DNA from: Candidatus Kaiserbacteria bacterium
GTDB taxonomy: Bacteria > Patescibacteriota > Minisyncoccia > Phycocordibacterales > Phycocordibacteraceae
Reading direction: 5' to 3'
Assembly: GCA_963813065.1 (NCBI GenBank)
Contig: CAWEXP010000010.1
Coordinates: forward strand, 7,276-71,275
Length of the DNA: 64,000 nt
Positions 17,662-26,388 of this stretch are shown one piece after another. Each line of letters opens with the position of its first letter. Within the stretch, counting starts at the first letter, position 1. The position numbers and the translations under genes are program-made. The notes under the pieces are model-generated. The model saw only the letters and a program-made list of their open reading frames with translations. It was not told where the DNA came from and did no database searches.

Positions 17662-19553
17662 GTGCGTTATACTGGCGGGGAATGGAACACGACGGTCTCG
17701 GCTCACTCGAACGTGCGCGCGAAGGTCTCTACGCTCCCAAGCGCGCGGCGAGCACTGCGCGCCCTGGCCTCGACACCGAGGAGTCGCGCGACTTGCCACA
17801 CGCCTGGGATGAGCGCGCGGCTCTGCGCGCCTATCGCCCGGGCCAGCACACTCGCGTCGCGGGGATTTTCTTCGCCGGCGCATTTCTCTTCTTTCTCCTT
17901 GCGCTCGCCGTCTCGGGATATTTCCTCTACTTCGGTGGCAACTCAGTCTCGGTCAACAATGTCGACATTGCGCTCCAAGGCCCGACCACCATCGCCGGCG
18001 GCGACACCTTACCGCTCTCACTCGCCATCACCAATCGCAACTCCGTCCCCATCGAAAACGCGACGATTGAAGTCGATTTCCCCGACGGTACGCGGAGCGC
18101 CGAAAATGTGCTCACCAATTATCCTCGCTACACCGAGAATCTCGGCACCATCGCACCGGGTGCGACCATCACGCGCTCGGTGAAGGCCGTCATCTTCGGT
18201 GGTAATGGCCAATCGCTCTCGCTACCGATTGCGCTTTCATACAGTATCGCCGGTTCGAACTCAGTCTTCGTAAAAAAAAGTTCGTATGCGCTCGGCATCT
18301 CGACGACGCCACTCTCGGTCTCGGTGGAGGGGCCTACCGAGGGAGTGTCCGGTCAGCCAATCACCTTAAAGCTTGTTGCACGCTCGAACGCGGCTACGTC
18401 GCTCCCGAACGTCGCGATCGCCGCTGAACTCCCGAACGGCTTCACGCTCGCCTCATCTTCGCTCGCGCTCCAGGGGTCACTTTTCCCGGTGGGCACGCTC
18501 GCGGCAGGCGCCAGCCGGACGCTCGTTGTCAGTGGCACCCTCTCGGGTGTGAGCGGTGCGCCGCAGGTATTCCATTTCACCATTGGGACTACGGGCGGGA
18601 CGAACGCGAGTGCGCTCGCCGTTTCCTATATGCAACAAGACGCAACCGTTCTCCTCACCGCGCCTTTCATCAGCACGACGCTCTCGCTCAATGGCGATAC
18701 CTCGGGTTCGAGCGTCGTCACGCCTGGTGCGCGGCAGAGCGTGACGCTCTCCTATACCAACACGCTCGACACCGCAGTCAGCGATGCTGTGGTCGAAGTC
18801 ACGCTCTCCGGTGCGGCGATTGATTATTCGAGCATCCAGACCAGTAACGGCTTCTATCAGTCGGCAACACATTCAATCGTCTTCAGTCGCGACACCGATC
18901 CATCGCTTGCGTCACTCGCGCCTGGCGCTTCGGGCCTCGGAACGTTCACCTTCCAGACATTGCCCGCAAGTTCCGCCGTGCGCGACCCGCTTATTGTGCT
19001 CTCGACCTCGGTCTCGGGTACACGCGTTGGCCAAACCAACGTTCCAGAGCAAGTAACCGCATCGAGTGTCGCGACTGCCAAGGTCTCGTCGTCGCTCTCG
19101 CTCAACGCCACGACGCTCCACTCCTCGGGCAGTATCCGCAACACGGGCCCGGTACCGCCGACGCCCGGCACGGCGACCACCTACAGCATCGTCTGGACCA
19201 TTCGTGGTGGCGGCAATGCGGTCGCGGGTGCGAGCGTCTCGGCGACGCTCCCGAGCTATGTTACGTACACCGGCCTCACGAGTGGGAGTGGTTTCTCCTA
19301 CGATGCATCATCGCGTGTGGTCTCGTGGAATGCGGGCGATCTCTCGGCGGGATCGAGCGCACAAGGAGCTTTCCAAGTTTCGCTCACCCCCTCGACCTCG
19401 CAGGAGGGGAGTGATCCGGCACTGACTACTGCGCCGGCCCTTACTGCTTTCGACCGGTATGCGCAGGTCTCGGTAACCGCCTCGGCTTCGCCGAGCACCA
19501 CCGAGATGCCCGCCGATCCGGGCTATAGCCCGACCGAGGCGAGCGTGCACTAA
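17658..19553 (+). CDS. large membrane-anchored repeat protein (surface, Ig-like/DUF11-like repeats)
   Basis: GTG start overlaps the recO stop. One N-terminal TM helix is followed by ~550 aa of Ser/Thr/Gly-rich repeated beta-domain segments. Confidence 0.55.
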   Translation: MSALYWRGMEHDGLGSLERAREGLYAPKRAASTARPGLDTEESRDLPHAWDERAALRAYRPGQHTRVAGIFFAGAFLFFLLALAVSGYFLYFGGNSVSVNNVDIALQGPTTIAGGDTLPLSLAITNRNSVPIENATIEVDFPDGTRSAENVLTNYPRYTENLGTIAPGATITRSVKAVIFGGNGQSLSLPIALSYSIAGSNSVFVKKSSYALGISTTPLSVSVEGPTEGVSGQPITLKLVARSNAATSLPNVAIAAELPNGFTLASSSLALQGSLFPVGTLAAGASRTLVVSGTLSGVSGAPQVFHFTIGTTGGTNASALAVSYMQQDATVLLTAPFISTTLSLNGDTSGSSVVTPGARQSVTLSYTNTLDTAVSDAVVEVTLSGAAIDYSSIQTSNGFYQSATHSIVFSRDTDPSLASLAPGASGLGTFTFQTLPASSAVRDPLIVLSTSVSGTRVGQTNVPEQVTASSVATAKVSSSLSLNATTLHSSGSIRNTGPVPPTPGTATTYSIVWTIRGGGNAVAGASVSATLPSYVTYTGLTSGSGFSYDASSRVVSWNAGDLSAGSSAQGAFQVSLTPSTSQEGSDPALTTAPALTAFDRYAQVSVTASASPSTTEMPADPGYSPTEASVH

Positions 19554-19580
19554 TGCCACCTTTCGTATAAGGTATCCCGT

Positions 19581-20894
19581 ATGGCCGACGCGCAACTGAT
19601 GGAAAAAATTGTCTCGCTCGCGAAGCGACGCGGCTTCATCTACCCGGGCAGTGAGATTTACGGTGGCCTCGCGGGCACTTTCGATTACGGCCCGTACGGC
19701 GTGGTCTTGAAAGAGAATATAAAAAATATCTGGCTGAAAATGTTCCGCGACGACCGTGACGACATGTATGGCGTCGATGCGGCCATTTTGATGAATCCGA
19801 AAGTGTGGGAATCCTCGGGCCATGTCGCAGGATTCTCTGATCCCTTGGTCGAGTGCGCCAAGTGCCATCACCGCTTCCGCGCCGATCAGCTCGACGATGC
19901 GACCAAGTGTCCGGACTGTGGCGGCGCTCTCGGCGAAGCGCGGCAATTTAATATGATGTTCAAGACGCATGCGGGCGCGATGGAGGACGACAGCGCAGTG
20001 GTCTACCTGCGCCCCGAGACGGCGGGTGGCATGTTTGTGAATTATAAAAATGTCGTCGACTCGCTCCACCCCAAGCTACCTTTCGGTCTCGCGCAGATCG
20101 GTAAAGCGTTCCGCAACGAGATCGCTCCGCGCGACTTCGTCTTCCGCGTGCGCGAATTCGAGCAGATGGAGATTGAATATTTTGTACGCCCGGACCAGTG
20201 GCAGGAGGCGTTCGAGGAGTGGCGCAAAGAGATGCATCGTTATGCCGCAATGGTCGGCATTCCTGCTGGCTCGGTGCATGAGCTCGAAGTGCCCGACGGA
20301 GAACGCGCGCACTACTCTAAGCGCACCATCGACTTCGAGTTCGAGTACCCCTTTGGCCGGAAGGAGCTCTGGGGTCTCGCGTATCGCACCGACTTCGATC
20401 TCTCGGCGCACCAGAATGGCTCAAGCGTGAATCTCGAATATCAAGACGAAGAAACGAAGAGCAAATTCTTGCCGCATGTCATCGAGCCGTCGCTCGGCGT
20501 CGATCGCACTCTGCTCGCTATCCTCGCAAGTGCGTATCGAGAAGATGAGATGAATGGGGAAGTGCGCACCTACCTCGCGCTGGCACCGCGCGTGGCGCCG
20601 GTGAAGGCGATGGTCGCGCCGCTGTTGAAAAATAAACCCGAGCTCGTGCAGAAGGCGGGGGAAGTACGTGATGAACTCCGTAGAATACATCCGGCCATCG
20701 CCTGGGACGACAACGGCAACATCGGCAAACGCTATCGCCGCCAGGATGAGATTGGTACGCCTTTCTGCATCACCATCGATTTCGATACGCTCGGCGACCC
20801 CTCGAGTTCCTCGGGGCAGGGAATCCTTAAGGATACGGTCACCCTCCGCGACCGCGACACGGGCACCCAGGACGACTTACGATTGAAGAGATAA
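19581..20894 (+). CDS. glyQS: glycine--tRNA ligase (class II, alpha2 type)
   Basis: Class II motifs with the GlyRS-specific N-terminus (MEKIVSLAKRRGFIYPGSEIYGGLAGTFDYGPYG) and a C-terminal anticodon-binding domain. Confidence 0.9.
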   Translation: MADAQLMEKIVSLAKRRGFIYPGSEIYGGLAGTFDYGPYGVVLKENIKNIWLKMFRDDRDDMYGVDAAILMNPKVWESSGHVAGFSDPLVECAKCHHRFRADQLDDATKCPDCGGALGEARQFNMMFKTHAGAMEDDSAVVYLRPETAGGMFVNYKNVVDSLHPKLPFGLAQIGKAFRNEIAPRDFVFRVREFEQMEIEYFVRPDQWQEAFEEWRKEMHRYAAMVGIPAGSVHELEVPDGERAHYSKRTIDFEFEYPFGRKELWGLAYRTDFDLSAHQNGSSVNLEYQDEETKSKFLPHVIEPSLGVDRTLLAILASAYREDEMNGEVRTYLALAPRVAPVKAMVAPLLKNKPELVQKAGEVRDELRRIHPAIAWDDNGNIGKRYRRQDEIGTPFCITIDFDTLGDPSSSSGQGILKDTVTLRDRDTGTQDDLRLKR

Positions 20895-20928
20895 AAACAC
20901 GGCTCAACCAGGCCATTTTATAGAGGTA

Positions 20929-20956
20929 TTGACAAGTTGTACGATTCGTGTATCAT
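20929..20956 (+). promoter_or_regulatory. sigma70-type promoter (TTGACA-N16-TATCAT) with CGATTCGTG extended -10 context
   Basis: Near-identical architecture to the promoters at 4471 and 46882. Drives the DGR target gene through a ~155 nt leader. Confidence 0.55.
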
Positions 20957-21111
20957 AGCTTCAGGACTCCTGATCCTCGGAATACCTTACGAATTCGCCC
21001 TAGCGCAGAACGGCTTACCTAGGCCCTTCTCCGCTATGGCGAACTGTCACAGCCCCTCAGCTCGCGGGTAGCGAGAAATTTCTCGGCTATCAGCTGGGGA
21101 AAGGACGTGTC

Positions 21112-21729
21112 ATGAAGTATGCGAATATGAATTGGGGCCGCATGGAAGCGATCATCAATAAGCTCGGCGGCGAAGCCGGTGCGGACGATTTCTTGGCTGG
21201 CAAGACTGTCGTCGGCAAGCCCGGCACCGTGACCAAGCTCAAGAGCTCGGCTTCGCCGAAGGTTCTCGCGGGCCTCCTCGAACCAGTCGGCGAGCCAGTT
21301 AAGCTCGTGGCGGCGAACCATTTCGTCGCTCGCGAAAAATTCATTGTGAACGTGAACGGCGAGCTACCGATCTCGGCCTCGGCGACAACTTCAAGACCAA
21401 TTTCTTGGATGTTGTCGAAGAGAGTGTAAGACCCATGACGGTCAGGCAACGCAAACTCTTACGGCGCTCGGTCGACACTCCGATTCTTGCCGCTCTCGGC
21501 GACAAGGACGTGGCGAAGATTGTGAGGGCCAGAATGGCTCTCGCACACGTCTTCAGTTTCCTCAAGACGGCGGATCGTTCCAAGTGGTTCATCTTTTATG
21601 TCGCCGACGCGAAGGGGAATGTCTGGGCCGTGAACGCGGTACTGGGGCGATGGCGGCTGGAGCCTCGAGGCCAGCTCGGTTTTGAACCCGAACGAGTGGC
21701 TTGAGGGTGACCACGTCGTCTCTCGCTGA
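21112..21729 (+). CDS. DGR target (variable) protein, disrupted by two compensating frameshifts
   Basis: Frame 1 (21112-21429), frame 0 (21405 to ~21640), then frame 1 again through the VR to TGA at 21727-21729. The C-terminal VR encodes W-x-DGGW-x-LEA-x-SVLNPNEW, mirroring the TR. Confidence 0.55.
21622..21726 (+). repeat. DGR variable repeat VR1
   Basis: ~105 bp, ~90% identical to TR1 (22048-22152). Mismatches are G/C/T in VR where TR has A, plus a 1 nt indel. The identical GC-rich 3' end CCACGTCGTCTCTCGCT is a putative IMH. Confidence 0.8.
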
Positions 21730-22047
21730 TCCTTCGCAACTCAACATAAGACTCTCGGACCCTCTGAACTTTTGTCGCTTTGGCGGCACTGGAACAGAGG
21801 GTCTTTCTTTTTGGTACACTAATACATGAGGAAGTTATGGTGTGCAGGCTATGGCTCGTACGCAACTCCTCGGGTCTATACGGGAGAGAATCGCGCGAGG
21901 TACGCCAATCGCGAGCGTGTCTGTGCAGACTCTAAAAAAAGAATAGGATCGGTGCACCGCGCTGGCGGACTTCTACGTCCCACATACGATACAGCCCGGA
22001 GAACGTTCGAAGGGCAGTGGCAGAGATGGCGCAGTGCACATACCGTT

Positions 22048-22152
22048 TCTGGGCCGTGAACGCGAACTGGAACGATGGCGGCTGGAACCTCGAAGCCAAC
22101 TCGGTTTTGAACCCGAATGAGTGGAATGAGGGTAACCACGTCGTCTCTCGCT
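22048..22152 (+). repeat. DGR template repeat TR1
   Basis: The adenine-rich copy (many AAC codons: NANWNDGGWNLEANSVLNPNEWNEGNHVVSR). Immediately followed by a GC hairpin plus T-run, and adjacent to avd and RT. Confidence 0.8.
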
Positions 22153-22519
22153 ACCCATTTCTTTCCCCGCCCGCCCGAGGCGGGGTTTTAGTAAGAACAC
22201 CCTTGCGCCAGCCGCCTGTCATACGTCCTATTTCTTCTATACCTTCTGCAATCTGCACGTATTGTGTATTTGACATCAACTTTGACTCCCATGCTATCTG
22301 CAAGAAAAACCGCAACGAATCTGTTGTGCCTATGGAAGTACCAAGGAGAGCGGGCTTATTCGCCATGTCCGCGAAGCTTGCTCTGCGCAGAGTCTCAAGT
22401 AAATCGAGCAGGAGCGTATCTATTCGCGCGCCGATGCCGAAGCGTTCGTCGCGTGACATGTTGCGTCGCACTGGTAGCCAGACGCGGTAGAGGTCTTTGG
22501 TGCGCTCCACGACCGCCAC
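22151..22519 (-). CDS. avd: DGR accessory variability determinant (Avd-like four-helix-bundle protein)
   Basis: 122 aa. The C-terminal QIAEGIEEIGRMTGGWRKG resembles the bAvd C-terminus (LIAEVGRILGSWIARVNRK). Divergent from the RT. The last codons overlap the TR1 3' hairpin, so the true C-terminus is uncertain. Confidence 0.65.
   Translation of the reverse strand: MAVVERTKDLYRVWLPVRRNMSRDERFGIGARIDTLLLDLLETLRRASFADMANKPALLGTSIGTTDSLRFFLQIAWESKLMSNTQYVQIAEGIEEIGRMTGGWRKGVLTKTPPRAGGERNG
22165..22190 (+). terminator. GC hairpin + T-run directly 3' of TR1
   Basis: CCCCGCC-CGCCCGA-GGCGGGG hairpin followed by TTTT. Confidence 0.55.
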
Positions 22520-22554
22520 AAAGGTCCGGGGGGGGGGGTAGAGCTAGATGCTGT

Positions 22555-23536
22555 ATGCAAAACCGCTTCACTCATACCTACGACGATATCATCTCTGCCG
22601 AGAATCTGCTCGACGCATGGAATGAATTTCTAAAAGGAAAGCGCAAGAAAGCCGATGTCATCGAATTCTCGCGCTTTCTCATGCGCCATATCTCCCAGCT
22701 ACATTATGACCTCAAATACAAAACATACACGCATGGTGGATATCAAGCATTCAAGAATCAGTGATCCCAAGCCTCGTGATATTCATAAGGCAACTGTCCG
22801 CGACAGGCTTTTGCACCATGCGGTGTATCGCCAGCTCTATCCTCTTTTTGACAGAACCTTTATTTCCGACTCGTACTCGTGCCGCCTGGGGAAGGGTACG
22901 CATCGCGCGATGAATAGTTTCCGGCGATATGCGTACCAGGCGAGCAAGAATCATACGAAAACACTCTGGGTGCTCAAGTGCGACATACGCAAGTTTTTTG
23001 CCTCGATTGATCACGAGATACTTTTCGCTATCTTACGACGACATATTTCTGATGACCGCACGCTCGTGTTGCTCCAAACTATTATCGAGAGTTTTTGTTC
23101 AACACCAGGTGTCGCACAAAAAGGTCTTCCGCTCGGCAACCTCACCAGCCAGCTCCTCGTGAACATTTACATGAACGAGTTCGACCAGTTCGTGAAGCAC
23201 GATCTGAAAATAAAATACTATGTACGCTACGCGGATGACTTTGTCGTGTTTTCGCATGACCGCGAATCGCTACGAAAAACACTTCCATATATAGAAGTGT
23301 TTTTACGAGACACACTGAAACTAGAAATGCATCCGAATAAAGTTTCAATTGCGACTTTGGCTTCTGGGGTCGACTTCCTCGGCTGGGTACACTTTCCTAA
23401 TCACCGCGTCTTGCGCACGGCGACCAAGCGATGGATACTCAAGGCATTACGCGGGAATCCAAAAGAAACAACTCGCGCGTCGTATCGGGGCATGCTCTCG
23501 CACGGGAATGCACATAAGCTACAAATTTTGCTATAG
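22555..23536 (+). CDS. DGR reverse transcriptase (frameshift near 22750)
   Basis: N-terminal part in the frame of ATG 22555 (YDDIISAENLLDAWNEFLKGKRK...), remainder in the 22655 frame. RT motifs include PKPRDIHKATVRDRLLHHAV, the DGR-diagnostic LGNLTSQ (SQ instead of the group II SP) and YADD (VRYADDFVVF). Confidence 0.85.
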
Positions 23537-23543
23537 TGCCCGC

Positions 23544-24602
23544 ATGGACAGGGAACTGAAAATCTCCATCACGCCCGCCACCATCGTCACGACGCTCCTG
23601 ATTCTCCTGGGCGCCTATATCGTGTGGCTCCTGCGCGACCTCGCGCTCCTGGTGCTGACGGCTATTGTTATCGCCTCGGCTATTGAGCCGGGCATCGCCT
23701 TCTTCAACCGTCGCAAGGTGCCGCGCTTCGTGGCCGCCCTGAGCATGTATGTGGTTGTGCTTGGTTCGCTCTTCGCGCTGATTTATTTTTTCTTTCCGCC
23801 CATCATCGTCGACGCCGCGCAGTTCCTCTCCGTCGCGCCACAATACTTGAACACACTCAACGTCCCCTCGTCCTTCGCCGGCATCAGCAACGCAACTGAC
23901 ATTCTCGGCGGCCAGAATCAGGCGCAAGGCATTGTGCAGACGCTTCTCGCACTCGAGACGTCCTTCTCCTCGGGCTCGACTGGCGTCATCCAGCTCTCGG
24001 CGACCTTCTTCGGCGGCATCTTCTCGCTCCTCTTGGTTATTGTGCTCTCGTTCTACTTCGCGCTCCAAGAAACGGGCGTCGACGATTTCCTCCGACTCGT
24101 GATCCCGAGTGAGTACGAGGACTACGCCGTGAATCTCTGGAAGCGCGCCCAGAAGAAGATCGGTCTCTGGATGCAAGGACAGATTCTGCTCTCGGTGATT
24201 GTCGGCGTGTTGGTGTATCTCGGCATGCTCGTCATCGGCATCCCGTACGCACTCCTGCTCGCGGTCTTCACCGCGATGGCAGAAATTATTCCCATCTTCG
24301 GCTCCCTGGTCGCGGGTGCCGCCGCGGTCGCCGTTGGCTTCTCCACGGGCGGCATCCCGCTCGCGCTCATCGTCGCAGGTCTCTATATTGTGGTGAATCA
24401 GTTCGAGACGAATCTTATCTATCCGCTCATCGTGAAGAAAGTCGTGGGCATTCCGCCCCTGATGGTTATCGTCGCTCTGATTGCGGGCGGTATCCTCGCC
24501 GGTTTCCTCGGCGTCCTGCTCTCGGTGCCGGTGGCCGCGGTCGCGCTCGAGTTCTTGAGCGACTTCGAGAAGCGTAAGCGCCGTCTCGCGGCACATTCCT
24601 AA
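23544..24602 (+). CDS. AI-2E family transporter (PerM/UPF0118)
   Basis: ~8 TM helices with the family-typical length and charged loops. ATG at 23544. Confidence 0.6.
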   Translation: MDRELKISITPATIVTTLLILLGAYIVWLLRDLALLVLTAIVIASAIEPGIAFFNRRKVPRFVAALSMYVVVLGSLFALIYFFFPPIIVDAAQFLSVAPQYLNTLNVPSSFAGISNATDILGGQNQAQGIVQTLLALETSFSSGSTGVIQLSATFFGGIFSLLLVIVLSFYFALQETGVDDFLRLVIPSEYEDYAVNLWKRAQKKIGLWMQGQILLSVIVGVLVYLGMLVIGIPYALLLAVFTAMAEIIPIFGSLVAGAAAVAVGFSTGGIPLALIVAGLYIVVNQFETNLIYPLIVKKVVGIPPLMVIVALIAGGILAGFLGVLLSVPVAAVALEFLSDFEKRKRRLAAHS

Positions 24603-26029
24603 TGGCGCGGTACCTTACCACGACGCTCCCGTACGTGAACGCGGATCCGCACATTGGATTCGCGCTCGAGATTGTGCAGGCCGACGCGCTTGCACGGAGC
24701 TGGCGCCTCGCGGGCGAAGAGGTCTTCTTCAACACCGGCGCCGACGAGCATGGGCAGAAAATATTTGATGCGGCGAAGCAGTCGGGACAGGAAGTGCAAG
24801 CGTATGTTGACCACTACGCGAACGAGCTGGTGAAATTGAAAGACGCGCTCGACCTCTCGACCGACCATTTTATACGCACGACTGACCCCGCGCACAGTAC
24901 GGCAGCGCAAGAGATGTGGAAGCGCTGTACCGACGCAGGCGATATTTATAAAAAGTCGTATACCGGCCGCTACTGCGTTGGGTGCGAAGCATACAAGACC
25001 GACAAGGAAATTGTGGACGGGAAGTGCGTCCTGCACCCTAATCTCGAACTCCAGGAAATCACCGAAGAAAATTATTTTTTCAGGTTTTCGAAATATCAGA
25101 ACCAGCTCCTCGACTATCTAAAGAAGCCCAATGTCGTCATTCCTGAATGGCGGCGCGCGGAGGCGGTTGCGTTCGTCGAGGGAGGCCTCGAAGATTTCAG
25201 CATCTCGCGTGAGAAGGCGCGACTCTCCTGGGGCGTGCCGGTGCCGGGCGATGATGCGCAGGTGATGTATGTCTGGTTTGATGCGCTCACGAGCTATATT
25301 TCCACGCTCGGGTGGCCCGCCGACGCGGACGGGAATTTCAAAAAGTTTTGGGTCGAAGGCACGACACTGCAAGTAGCGGGGAAGGATCAAGTGCGCTTCC
25401 AGTCGCTGATGTGGCAGGCGATGCTTTTCTCTGCGGGCATCAAGAATACCGATCAAGTGTTCTATCATGGCTTCATCAATTCGGGCGGCACACGCATGAG
25501 CAAGTCGCTCGGCAATGTTATCAGTCCGTATGATTTGGTACAGAAATACGGCACCTCCGCGACGCGGTATCTCCTCTTGCGCCATGTCCACCCGATGGAG
25601 GACTCGGATGTGACCTGGGATCGTCTCGACGAGTGGTACACCGCCGGGCTCACCAACGGCCTCGGCAATCTCGTCGCGCGCGTGATGAAATTGGCGGAAA
25701 CGAATCTGCCTGAGCCCATCGAGCGGCCGGAGGAGTCACCCTTCGCTCAGGACTATTGGGATGCGCTCAATGCATTTGAATTTAATACGGTGATGGATAG
25801 CATCTGGGAGCGAATAGGAAAGCTCGATGAGCGCATCACGAGCGAGAAGCCGTTCGCCGTGGTCAAAGAGGATGAAGCGCGCGGGCGCGCGATGATTGCC
25901 GAGCTCGTGCGCGAACTCTACCAGATCGGCCGTTTGCTCAACCCCTTCATGCCGCAGACGAATCAGATCATTAAGAAGTCCATTCTCGAAAACAAAAAGC
26001 CCGAGAATCTCTTCCCGCGCCTCGCATGA
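24602..26029 (+). CDS. metG: methionine--tRNA ligase
   Basis: HIGH motif (PYVNADPHIGFA) and KMSKS (TRMSKSLGN). Anticodon-binding helical C-terminal domain. 475 aa core form. Confidence 0.9.
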   Translation: MARYLTTTLPYVNADPHIGFALEIVQADALARSWRLAGEEVFFNTGADEHGQKIFDAAKQSGQEVQAYVDHYANELVKLKDALDLSTDHFIRTTDPAHSTAAQEMWKRCTDAGDIYKKSYTGRYCVGCEAYKTDKEIVDGKCVLHPNLELQEITEENYFFRFSKYQNQLLDYLKKPNVVIPEWRRAEAVAFVEGGLEDFSISREKARLSWGVPVPGDDAQVMYVWFDALTSYISTLGWPADADGNFKKFWVEGTTLQVAGKDQVRFQSLMWQAMLFSAGIKNTDQVFYHGFINSGGTRMSKSLGNVISPYDLVQKYGTSATRYLLLRHVHPMEDSDVTWDRLDEWYTAGLTNGLGNLVARVMKLAETNLPEPIERPEESPFAQDYWDALNAFEFNTVMDSIWERIGKLDERITSEKPFAVVKEDEARGRAMIAELVRELYQIGRLLNPFMPQTNQIIKKSILENKKPENLFPRLA

Positions 26030-26069
26030 AGTACCTCGCGCTCGCATTTTCGGCATCACGTTTCTCCAC

Positions 26070-26294
26070 ACGCTCGTGCCCGTTGCCATTGGTGCGTGCT
26101 GTCTGGTGGTCGCCTATATGCTCGGGTTGAAGTATGTTCACAACATTTGGGTTATCTCGGCCGTTTCCTTCGGTTCCATCTTGCTCGTTGAACCACTGTT
26201 CGACTTTTTCTATATCGGTCAGACGCCCGAGCTCGGCGCGGGTATCGGTATGATCTGCGGCGTGCTCGGTATCCTCGCGGCGCTGTTTCTCTAG
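26070..26294 (+). CDS. small two-TM membrane protein (start uncertain)
   Basis: Hydrophobic 60-75 aa ORF (…VPVAIGACCLVVAYMLGLKYV…GAGIGMICGVLGILAALFL) directly after metG. Confidence 0.3.
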   Translation, partial: TLVPVAIGACCLVVAYMLGLKYVHNIWVISAVSFGSILLVEPLFDFFYIGQTPELGAGIGMICGVLGILAALFL

Positions 26295-26388
26295 AATTGA
26301 CAATTCAGAAATAAAGTTCTAAGCTCGCGGCAGTTGCGTAGCACTTTGTGGTTCACATACCGGAGCAAATCCGGAGAAAGGCAGACTC

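Noticed and set aside
22017-22490. 157 aa ORF containing TR1
   Set aside because: Same reasoning as for the TR2 ORF. It reads through the TR1 hairpin/terminator and the antisense of avd.
22264-22764. 166 aa plus-strand ORF overlapping avd
   Set aside because: Its 5' two-thirds is antisense to avd. Only the last ~70 codons (from ATG 22555) are real and form the N-terminus of the DGR reverse transcriptase.
25971-26303. 110 aa minus-strand ORF
   Set aside because: Antisense of the metG 3' end and the small membrane-protein region. No RBS.
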